Shown in pieces: positions 25,651 through 32,000 of a stretch of DNA of 32,000 bases. Below the pieces are notes generated by a model. It searched no databases. It saw only the letters and a list, made by a program, of their open reading frames with translations, and was not told the DNA's origin. Source of the stretch: Candidatus Saccharibacteria bacterium oral taxon 488 (GTDB taxonomy: Bacteria; Patescibacteriota; Saccharimonadia; Saccharimonadales; Saccharimonadaceae); the NCBI GenBank assembly GCA_010202845.1, contig CP047921.1:570001-602000 (forward strand), written 5' to 3'. Each line of letters opens with the position of its first letter. The first letter of the stretch is position 1. The position numbers and the translations under genes are program-made.

Positions 25651-27273
25651 CTAGATAACTCGATTAACTTCCTCAAGTGTCGTCTCGCCGCGCAAAGCCG
25701 CTAGCACGCCTGCCTGTAGCAGCGTCACCATGCCATGTTTCTTGGCTGCAGCCTCAATTGCTTCAGTGTGAACGTCGGCGATATCACCTCGCAGGAATTT
25801 CTGAATTTCCTCAGTCACCACCAGCTGTTCCATCACCGGGATACGCCCCTTGTAACCAAACGGCACCTCATCGGTCGCCACGGGTCGCCACAGCTTGAAC
25901 GTATCAAGATCAGGACAATCAACATGTGGTGGCAGATCCTGCATAACCTCTTTTACCCAATTGCGTGTTGCCTCATCTGGTTCATATTCTTCCTTGCTCT
26001 CATCATGTAGCCGTCGCACCAGCCGCTGAGCTATCAATAGCCGCACCGCTGAACTAAAAATTGGATTCTGCCCAATCATATCAATAATTCGACTAAATGC
26101 CGCTGACGTCGAGTTAGCATGAAAGCTTGACAGCACCAGATGCCCGGTAATCGACGCCTGAATTGCTGTCTTGGCAGTTTCCTGATCACGAATCTCACCA
26201 ACCATCACCACGTCTGGGTCAAGACGTAACACGCTACGCAACCCATCATCAAACCGCTGGCCAGCCGTCGTATCAATCGGGATCTGCGTAATGCCAGGAA
26301 TGGTATTTTCTACTGGGTCTTCCAGTGTAATCACTTTACGATCCGGTGTATTGAGCGCATTGAGAATGCTGTACAAAGTCGTTGACTTACCCGAACCGGT
26401 TGGCCCAACTAACAGCACCAGGCCACGCGGATGAGAAATAATCTCATCAATTTGCGCCCGTTCAGCCGCACCGATACTGAGCAAGTCTAGGTTCAGCATC
26501 GAGGTGTCAAAATTAAATAAGCGCAGCACTACGTCTTGACCATACATGGTTGGCACCGCTTCGACACGGAGGTTAAGGAGGTGTGATACCCCGTCACGAT
26601 GGATTTCTTGCTGCATGTGCCCCGACTGCGGCTCATTGGACGCCGTCGAAATATTTGCTCGCGAAGCCAGTGCCGCCATGATAACTCGATAACGATCACG
26701 GCCCAGCTCCGCCACCGAGTGCAGCGCGCCATCAACGCGCATCCGCACCCGAATGGTGTCGCGCTGATTCTCAATATGAATATCCGATGCATTCAGCCGA
26801 TCCGCCTGATCGATCAAATAGTTAAACACGTCGTTTGTACCGACGGTCGCCAATGTCTGGCTGACCTGCTGGAGGGTGTCACTATCGCCCTCTTTGGCGA
26901 TTTCGATATTATCATAAATCACTTTTTTCGGCGGATCAAATCGCAGCATTAAGGCCCGAAAGCCCGAGGCCGATATCAGGAAGAACTTAGCAATAATACC
27001 CTGCTCGCGGTAGTTATTAGTCATCGTCGCTACTAATGATTGTGGTGTCTGTGACGTAATGCCAAATCGATATGACTGCTCGTCAGGGTTTATCGCCAGT
27101 GGCACAACGTGTCCGTTATACATCTCTTCAATCGTCAAAATATCACGAATCAGCGGAATTGTTTGTTCAAACTCACGAGCATCCAGATATTGTAGGCCTA
27201 AAATCGCCGCTCGTTTCCGGGTTGCGTCTTCATCTTGATCGCGACGTTGTTGTTGAATTCGATCTTCATCCAT
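25651..27273 (-). CDS. pilB: type IV pilus / type II secretion assembly ATPase (GspE/PilB family)
   Basis: The track start is TTG 27276. I prefer the adjacent ATG 27273. It has an N-terminal GSPII_E_N-like region, Walker A GPTGSGKSTT, Walker B DPDVVMVGEIRD and the His box SSFHANS. Confidence 0.9.
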   Translation of the reverse strand: MDEDRIQQQRRDQDEDATRKRAAILGLQYLDAREFEQTIPLIRDILTIEEMYNGHVVPLAINPDEQSYRFGITSQTPQSLVATMTNNYREQGIIAKFFLISASGFRALMLRFDPPKKVIYDNIEIAKEGDSDTLQQVSQTLATVGTNDVFNYLIDQADRLNASDIHIENQRDTIRVRMRVDGALHSVAELGRDRYRVIMAALASRANISTASNEPQSGHMQQEIHRDGVSHLLNLRVEAVPTMYGQDVVLRLFNFDTSMLNLDLLSIGAAERAQIDEIISHPRGLVLLVGPTGSGKSTTLYSILNALNTPDRKVITLEDPVENTIPGITQIPIDTTAGQRFDDGLRSVLRLDPDVVMVGEIRDQETAKTAIQASITGHLVLSSFHANSTSAAFSRIIDMIGQNPIFSSAVRLLIAQRLVRRLHDESKEEYEPDEATRNWVKEVMQDLPPHVDCPDLDTFKLWRPVATDEVPFGYKGRIPVMEQLVVTEEIQKFLRGDIADVHTEAIEAAAKKHGMVTLLQAGVLAALRGETTLEEVNRVI

Positions 27274-27280
27274 CAATTTT

Positions 27281-27289
27281 ATTATAGCA
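27281..27289 (-). promoter_or_regulatory. extended -10 (TGcTATAAT) 7 nt upstream of the pilB ATG (leaderless candidate)
   Basis: The minus strand reads tttTGcTATAATaaaattgATG. Confidence 0.55.
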
Positions 27290-27310
27290 AAAAGCTTATC
27301 CTTGGGCGAG

Positions 27311-27319
27311 TGCTATAAT
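27311..27319 (+). promoter_or_regulatory. extended -10 (TGcTATAAT) 6 nt upstream of ATG 27326 (leaderless candidate)
   Basis: The plus strand reads gagTGcTATAATgatagcATG. Confidence 0.55.
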
Positions 27320-27325
27320 GATAGC

Positions 27326-27841
27326 ATGCCAGAAATTACCCTTCTCATGCACAATATTCGCTCGACGTACAATGTCGGTGCAATTATGAGAACAGCCGAA
27401 GGCTTTGGCGTCAGGCAAATTATCTTTAGCGGCTATACGCCGTACCCCGATTTACGATTGGCCAACCCCCGGTCTATCGACCCAAGGCTGCCGCACATTA
27501 CCGAAAGGTTGACCGCCCAGATTCACAAGACTGCATTAGGCGCAGAAACAATGCTGCCTTTTAGCTACGTAGCCGATATTCGTCAGTGGTTGGCGGAGAA
27601 TGCCAACAGGGAACGTTTACCTGTGATTGCCCTGGAGCAATCAGCGTCGAGTACAGAGCTCAATACGTTTCGGCCACCAGCCCGCTTTGCCCTGCTCCTC
27701 GGCGAGGAGGTCCATGGCATTGAGCCGGACATTCTAGCGCGGTGCGATCACATCGTCGAAATCCCCATGCGGGGTGCCAAGGAGTCATTTAATGTCTCAG
27801 TCGCGGCCGGTATCGCACTCTACGGCCTCTGTTTTTCCTAA
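27326..27841 (+). CDS. SpoU/TrmH-family RNA 2'-O-methyltransferase
   Basis: I prefer ATG 27326 (MPEITLLMHNIRSTYNVGAIMRTAEGFG) because the track TTG 27302 start would include the -10 box. The C-terminal SPOUT knot motifs are LLLGEEVHGI and IPMRGAKESFNVSVAAGIALY. Confidence 0.8.
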   Translation: MPEITLLMHNIRSTYNVGAIMRTAEGFGVRQIIFSGYTPYPDLRLANPRSIDPRLPHITERLTAQIHKTALGAETMLPFSYVADIRQWLAENANRERLPVIALEQSASSTELNTFRPPARFALLLGEEVHGIEPDILARCDHIVEIPMRGAKESFNVSVAAGIALYGLCFS

Positions 27842-27854
27842 ATATAACCCCGGG

Positions 27855-28187
27855 CTAGATCATAATCCCTACGGGCGTAAATGATGTCACAATTGCCATT
27901 AAAATCAGCGTCACGTACCAAATCTTGCGATTAAATTGATACTTCTCAACCGACACAACTAAAAGCAGCCCGACAATCAGTCCAACCGGCAACGCCTGGA
28001 TTACTACCACGCCCAGCTCAATCGGCTGCTTCAGTCGCAACCACAATGCCGCCAGCACGACACATACCACCAACTTTACGAAAAAGGTGCTGTCATTTTC
28101 ATACAGCCGCTCCCGACCTTTGCGGTTGGTGATGCTACTTGCCTTTGAGCGATTACGAGCGTACGTTCGCGATTTTTGTTTTGCCAT
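27855..28187 (-). CDS. small membrane protein, hypothetical
   Basis: The track ORF is 27855..28226 with a TTG start inside a hairpin tail. The likelier start is ATG 28187 (MAKQKSRTYARNRSK) or ATG 28202. It has a basic N-terminus followed by 3 hydrophobic segments. TGgTATGAT lies just upstream. Confidence 0.5.
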   Translation of the reverse strand: MAKQKSRTYARNRSKASSITNRKGRERLYENDSTFFVKLVVCVVLAALWLRLKQPIELGVVVIQALPVGLIVGLLLVVSVEKYQFNRKIWYVTLILMAIVTSFTPVGIMI

Positions 28188-28228
28188 AAGCTTTTTTATC
28201 ATATCATACCATGCATACCATAGCAAAG

Positions 28229-28252
28229 CAGCCCCGCATGAAAGCGAGGCTG
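28229..28252 (-). terminator. possible weak terminator hairpin after the FG-GAP gene
   Basis: The minus-strand RNA is CAGCCUCGCuuucauGCGGGGCUG (9 bp with one G-U pair) followed only by CUUUG. The U-tract is poor. Confidence 0.3.
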
Positions 28253-28279
28253 CCCTAAGTTTAGGTTATGAGAAATAAA

Positions 28280-29176
28280 TTACCACATGTTTGTCAGATG
28301 GACCGACTTAAATCCATTCCAACCGTGACCAACTTCTGCTGAACCACTACTAAACGGCCAATTCATATTGCCGCTATTTGTATATTGCAGCAACCGTCCG
28401 TCTTTCGTCCGACCGACAATATCCGCCAGGCCATCAGTATTCATATCACCGAGCATAATGGTATCAAACCCGTTCCAGCCATGACCGATTTGACGACCGC
28501 TCTCGAACATTGTCGTCTTGTTGTCGCGTCCACGATTGAGATATGCCCACATCGTACCGTCCTGGCGTACTGCGACGATATCATCATAACCATCACCATT
28601 CAAATCACCAGCAACGATCGATCGAGCATTATTCCAACCGTGACCGATTTGACGGGCTTCATCTGACACGAAATCATACGTCCCTTCAAGCTTCTTGTAG
28701 CGCAGATAGACCTTGCCTGCCATCAAGTTACCGTTAGCATCGACATAAACATGTGAGACTGGGCTATCCTTACCGTTCAATTTAGCAAATACCGCGCCAC
28801 CACGATGGTCGATGTCGCTCGCAACTGGCTTGTCAGCAAATGGCGTCGTTGCTGAACCATTGTTACGGAATACTTGAGCCTTTTGATTCTTTGAATAGGC
28901 AACGATATCAGGACGACCATCACCATCCATGTCAGCAAATGTAATGTTTGTGTATTTGTTAAAGCCCTGCCCGATCTTTGTCGAACCGCCACTAAATGGC
29001 CAACCCGGGATAGCATTGTTCTGATACAGCCACAACGAGCCATCTTTGCTCAAGCCAACTGCGTCACTGAAGACAACACCCTCGGTAGCATTCGCAACTG
29101 GTGCGCCACTCAGCACCAAGCCAAACACCGTCGCCGACAGCCCAAGCGCCGTTACCGTTTTCTTTAGTATTCCCAT
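28280..29176 (-). CDS. secreted FG-GAP/VCBS-like repeat protein
   Basis: I prefer ATG 29176, which has GGAGG 5-6 nt upstream. The signal peptide is MGILKKTVTALGLSATVFGLVLSGAPVANA/TEG. It carries repeated modules IGHGWNxF...GDxNGDGxxDIVxxxxDGxLxxY. Confidence 0.8.
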   Translation of the reverse strand: MGILKKTVTALGLSATVFGLVLSGAPVANATEGVVFSDAVGLSKDGSLWLYQNNAIPGWPFSGGSTKIGQGFNKYTNITFADMDGDGRPDIVAYSKNQKAQVFRNNGSATTPFADKPVASDIDHRGGAVFAKLNGKDSPVSHVYVDANGNLMAGKVYLRYKKLEGTYDFVSDEARQIGHGWNNARSIVAGDLNGDGYDDIVAVRQDGTMWAYLNRGRDNKTTMFESGRQIGHGWNGFDTIMLGDMNTDGLADIVGRTKDGRLLQYTNSGNMNWPFSSGSAEVGHGWNGFKSVHLTNMW

Positions 29177-29241
29177 ACGTCCCTCCACCGTCATAGACGG
29201 TATTTATTTAGTACACTCCTACCGTACTACGTTTTCTAAAT

Positions 29242-29273
29242 AAAAGCAATCCCGCTTGTGATTATCAAGCGGG
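29242..29273 (-). terminator. intrinsic terminator immediately downstream of rpsJ
   Basis: The minus-strand RNA is CCCGCUUGauaaucaCAAGCGGG (8-bp stem) followed by AUUGCUUUUAUUU. Confidence 0.65.
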
Positions 29274-29308
29274 ATCGTGGTAAATTCTACTGTAGGATTA
29301 GCGACCAA

Positions 29309-29626
29309 TTACATCCGAATCTCAGCGTCAACACCAGCCGGTAAGCTCAGATTCTGCAGACTATCAATCGTTTTTGGCGTGGCATTGGTAATGTCAATGA
29401 GGCGCTTATGGGTGCGCATCTCATAGCTCTCGCCGCCCATTTTATAGACGTGCGGGCTTTTTACCACCGTGTAGGTACTGCGACGAGTTGGCAGCGGCAC
29501 AGGGCCGGCCACGCTCGCGCCGGTGCGAATTGCCGTATCGATAATTTGTTTTGCTGACTGGTCGATGACTTTATGGTCGTACGCTTTCAGGCGAATACGA
29601 ATCTTGATACCAGTGTCTTGAGCCAT
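29309..29626 (-). CDS. rpsJ: 30S ribosomal protein S10
   Basis: I prefer ATG 29626, which has AGGAGG upstream, over the track start at 29719. The sequence is [62 protein letters not shown]... Confidence 0.95.
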   Translation of the reverse strand: MAQDTGIKIRIRLKAYDHKVIDQSAKQIIDTAIRTGASVAGPVPLPTRRSTYTVVKSPHVYKMGGESYEMRTHKRLIDITNATPKTIDSLQNLSLPAGVDAEIRM

Positions 29627-29718
29627 AGCTCCTCCTTTATGTGCGACTCCGTAACCTCTGCTCACGTCCGTGCCTCGCGGATGGCCGAGTTCTCGGAGTA
29701 AATTAATATTGTTTGGCA

Positions 29719-29747
29719 ATTATATCACAATACCTGAAGTATGGCTA
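29719..29747 (-). promoter_or_regulatory. promoter for rpsJ (TAGCCA-17 nt-TGaTATAAT) giving a ~92-nt region between the -10 box and the ATG
   Basis: The minus strand reads cTAGCCAtacttcaggtattgTGaTATAATtgcc. The -35 overlaps the stop codon of the upstream HEXXH gene. Confidence 0.5.
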
Positions 29748-30359
29748 GTCAAGAACTACCGGATTTGCTGCCACCCACTGGCGCCACTGCGCGACATCTT
29801 CAATCGGCGGTCGATAACCCATAGCTTCACCCAACCGGCTCGCCGCCAAAATACAGGCTGCAATATAATCGGCATTAGCTTCGTGGTCAGACCGGACATA
29901 TTCTTGGTATTGCTCACTAGTATAGTCCACCGGCAGAGGTACGATGGTATTATCTATCTCACCAAAAACCCGCATTACCTTTTCGTCAAGCTGGATTATG
30001 TGCCCTAACTCATGACAAAACGCTATCAACCCGACGATTTGACGACCTATTTCTGCATCCTCAAGTCGCTCACGCGGCACACCCAGTCGAGACGACATCC
30101 GTGCTATAAGATTCGGACTAGACAGCGTCTCCCTTGTACCGATGACAATCATTGGAATTTTCTCACCATTCCGTGTTTCACCCTCACCACCCCTGAAGTC
30201 ACCACTGTTCTCATCAATAACAATTTGCATCTCCTCTAGTGTCCGAGCCGGAAACAAATTCAAGGCGGTCTCGTAAATATCACCTGCTAGCGAATTAATA
30301 TACTCACCAAGTGTTTCAACTTTTAATTTTTGCGCTTTTTTGTGCAACAACTCTTCCAT
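29745..30359 (-). CDS. hypothetical cytoplasmic protein with an HEXXH zinc-metallopeptidase motif
   Basis: 204-aa ORF with no signal peptide. It contains AFCHELGHIIQLDE (H116-E-L-G-H120, nt 30000..30014) and downstream acidic candidates (GEID, SEQYQEY, DHEANAD). I recognise no family confidently. Confidence 0.7.
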   Translation of the reverse strand: MEELLHKKAQKLKVETLGEYINSLAGDIYETALNLFPARTLEEMQIVIDENSGDFRGGEGETRNGEKIPMIVIGTRETLSSPNLIARMSSRLGVPRERLEDAEIGRQIVGLIAFCHELGHIIQLDEKVMRVFGEIDNTIVPLPVDYTSEQYQEYVRSDHEANADYIAACILAASRLGEAMGYRPPIEDVAQWRQWVAANPVVLD

Positions 30360-30368
30360 AATAATCTA

Positions 30369-30397
30369 ACTGTAACATATAATATTTATTCCGTCAA
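30369..30397 (-). promoter_or_regulatory. promoter for the HEXXH gene (TTGACG-17 nt-TACAGT), with the -10 ending 9 nt before the ATG and no SD
   Basis: The minus strand reads TTGACGgaataaatattatatgtTACAGTtagattattATG. The -35 lies 3 nt downstream of the ldh stop. Confidence 0.5.
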
Positions 30398-30400
30398 ACA

Positions 30401-31327
30401 TCACTCTAAACTACGAATTGCTTCTGCCACCACTTTGGCCGAATGACGCAGTGCCGCCTGTTCGCGCTCATTGAGCGGATATCCAGTCAAGATCTTCACG
30501 CCATCCGCACAAATCGTTGATGGCAGGCCGAGCACTACATCGTGCAGTCCATACTCGCCCTCAACCAGTGAGCAGACTGGATAGACCGAGCGTGACGACG
30601 AGCGTAGTGCCGAGACAATCTTGGAGATAACGAAACCAATTGCATAATACGTCGACCGCTTGGTCTCGATCACCCGGTACGCCCGCTGACGAATTTTCTC
30701 TTCAATGCCGTCGACCATCGCTGGCTTAAATCCCGGATAGTCAGCGAGCGGCACCTCACCGACTTGCGCCGATTCGATTGTCGCAAATGATGAATCGCCG
30801 TGCTCCCCTAAAATGTACGCATCAACCTCCCGACTGTGCACATCTAGCTCGTCTGCAATATATGATTTGAGCCGTGAGGTATCGAGTGCCGTCCCCGTGC
30901 CAAACACCCGACTCTTTGGCAAGCCCGATTCTTTCAACGCTACATATGTCAGTGCATCAACTGGATTTGACACCACAAGGATATACGGACGAGCACCGTT
31001 TCTCATAATATTTCTCACTGTCCCACGCATAATCTCGGCGTTCACGCCGAGCAGCTCCAGTCGCGTCTGCCCCGGTTGTTGCGGTGCACCAGCGGTGACA
31101 ACCACGATATCATCAGTCTTGATGTCATCATAACTACCAGGCCGCACCACAACACACCGATCAATTCCCATTCCATCAGTGATATCCGCCGCTTGACCCC
31201 ACGCCAGATCGGGGTTACGGTCAATCAGCACGATTTCCTCAACCACACTCCGTAGTGCGCAGGCGTATGCCGCTGTCGCACCGACCATACCGCCCGCACC
31301 GACGACCACCAACTTCTGTTTATTCAT
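30401..31327 (-). CDS. ldh: L-lactate dehydrogenase
   Basis: 308 aa with the Rossmann motif VVVGAGGMVGA and AGAPQQPGQTRLELL. Gln occupies the LDH/MDH discriminating position, aligned to the NQKPGETR segment of LDHs. The GEHGDS motif is also present. AGGAG lies upstream of the ATG. Confidence 0.85.
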   Translation of the reverse strand: MNKQKLVVVGAGGMVGATAAYACALRSVVEEIVLIDRNPDLAWGQAADITDGMGIDRCVVVRPGSYDDIKTDDIVVVTAGAPQQPGQTRLELLGVNAEIMRGTVRNIMRNGARPYILVVSNPVDALTYVALKESGLPKSRVFGTGTALDTSRLKSYIADELDVHSREVDAYILGEHGDSSFATIESAQVGEVPLADYPGFKPAMVDGIEEKIRQRAYRVIETKRSTYYAIGFVISKIVSALRSSSRSVYPVCSLVEGEYGLHDVVLGLPSTICADGVKILTGYPLNEREQAALRHSAKVVAEAIRSLE

Positions 31328-31363
31328 GTCTGTCTCCTGATTTTTTATTGCAATAACCCCTCT

Positions 31364-31392
31364 ACTGTAACGCTATCTCGTTAACTTGTCAA
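31364..31392 (-). promoter_or_regulatory. sigma70-type promoter for ldh (TTGACA-17 nt-TACAGT)
   Basis: The minus strand reads TTGACAagttaacgagatagcgtTACAGT, followed by a 36-nt leader with AGGAG. Confidence 0.55.
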
Positions 31393-31428
31393 ACTGTTCA
31401 TGATAGTCCATTGACAATGTAGCCCATC

Positions 31429-31458
31429 AAAAATCCCCCAGTTTCCCAGGGGATTTTT
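31429..31458 (-). terminator. intrinsic terminator of tuf (symmetrical A/T-flanked hairpin, potentially bidirectional)
   Basis: The minus-strand RNA is AAAAAUCCCCugggaaacugGGGGAUUUUU followed by GAU. It starts about 18 nt after the tuf stop. Confidence 0.7.
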
Positions 31459-31476
31459 ATGCTTAGGTTATGAAGA

Positions 31477-32000
31477 TTATTTGTTAATCTTTGTTACCAC
31501 ACCAGCACCAACGGTACGGCCGCCTTCGCGGATAGCAAAGTTCAAACCTTGCTCCATAGCGATTGGGGCGAGCAATTTAACCTTGAAGGTTACGGTGTCG
31601 CCTGGCATGACCATTTCTTTGTCAGCTGGCAGCTCAACTTCACCAGTCACGTCAGTGGTGCGGAAGTAGAACTGTGGCTTGTAACCCTTGGAGAATGGAG
31701 TGTGGCGACCGCCCTCTTCCTTCTTCAAGATGTACACTTCAGCCTCAAACTCGGTGTGCGGCGTAATGGTGCCCGGCTTTGCCAAGACCTGGCCACGCTC
31801 AATGTCAGTCCGCTCAATACCGCGCAGCAAGACGCCGGCGTTGTCACCCGCTTGACCCTGATCCAGAGACTTCTTAAATGCCTCAATACCGGTCACCACA
31901 GACTTCTGGGTTGGGCGGATACCAACGATTTCAACCTCGTCGTTCAGCTTAACAACACCCTGCTCAATACGACCGGTTGCCACAGTACCGCGACCCTTGA
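31477..32000 (-). CDS. tuf: elongation factor Tu, C-terminal part (5' end beyond the window)
   Basis: The frame is open to the window edge ([27 protein letters not shown]...). Domains 2-3 carry [23 protein letters not shown]. The track M at 31983 is an internal GTG (Val). Confidence 0.95.
   Translation of the reverse strand, partial: KGRGTVATGRIEQGVVKLNDEVEIVGIRPTQKSVVTGIEAFKKSLDQGQAGDNAGVLLRGIERTDIERGQVLAKPGTITPHTEFEAEVYILKKEEGGRHTPFSKGYKPQFYFRTTDVTGEVELPADKEMVMPGDTVTFKVKLLAPIAMEQGLNFAIREGGRTVGAGVVTKINK

Noticed and set aside
29627-29719. A 31-residue N-terminal extension of S10 in the track ORF (136 aa).
   Set aside because: The canonical S10 N-terminus ([18 protein letters not shown]) begins at ATG 29626 with AGGAGG upstream. 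The extension runs through the predicted rpsJ leader and the -10 box.
1-32000. A search for CRISPR repeats, tRNA/rRNA/tmRNA-like sequences, IS or transposase or integrase genes, toxin-antitoxin pairs, and signs of an alternative genetic code (in-frame TGA or TAG in conserved genes).
   Set aside because: I saw no periodic direct repeats and no T-loop (GGTTCGAATCC-like) motifs in the spacers. No mobile-element genes are present. All conserved genes are intact under the standard code.

Overview
This is a gene-dense bacterial chromosome segment, about 95 percent coding by my gene calls. It holds 33 protein-coding genes, 27 of them on the minus strand. Two are cut by the window edges: dnaE on the left and tuf on the right. 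I found no rRNA, tRNA, CRISPR array, IS or transposase, integrase or prophage signal.

Gene content, left to right:
- dnaE, a small membrane protein, galU and a NUDIX hydrolase.
- gatC-gatA-X-gatB, with an extra 139-aa gene embedded between gatA and gatB.
- A polytopic membrane protein coupled to a PilX-like/beta-propeller surface protein, then uvrB.
- A sugar-phosphate block: LOG-family nucleosidase, hypothetical protein, PfkB kinase, class II aldolase, split transketolase, rpe, rpiB, headed by a DUF1524/HNH secreted nuclease.
- pepN, a membrane protein, an rnhB::yraN fusion and rplS.
- Malic enzyme, a lone pilB-type ATPase and a SpoU/TrmH methyltransferase.
- A small membrane protein and a secreted FG-GAP protein.
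- An isolated rpsJ, an orphan HEXXH protein, ldh and tuf.

The style includes 1-4 nt start/stop overlaps, a split transketolase, GatCAB, type IV pilus parts, a fermentative LDH and no biosynthetic operons. This resembles a reduced-genome Patescibacteria/CPR organism, most like Saccharibacteria. That is an inference from gene content only and is not verified by any search.

Candidates most worth a second look:
1. The membrane-protein plus PilX-N/beta-propeller pair (7609-10294), a possible pilus-tip or surface adhesin module.
2. A membrane-anchored HEPN-like (R-x4-H) protein translationally coupled inside gatCAB (5500-5919).
3. A nuclease to LOG to non-oxidative pentose phosphate to aldolase cluster without transaldolase.
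4. A recurring TGnTATAAT-N6/7-ATG architecture that implies leaderless mRNAs, including a palindromic shared -10 for two divergent genes.
5. rpsJ stranded away from the rest of the S10 operon, next to an orphan HEXXH protein.

None of these can be called a confirmed novel system from sequence alone.

Coordinate caveat: CDS ends follow the ORF track and I re-evaluated the starts. Small motifs were hand-counted from track-anchored start and stop codons and may be off by 1-2 nt.
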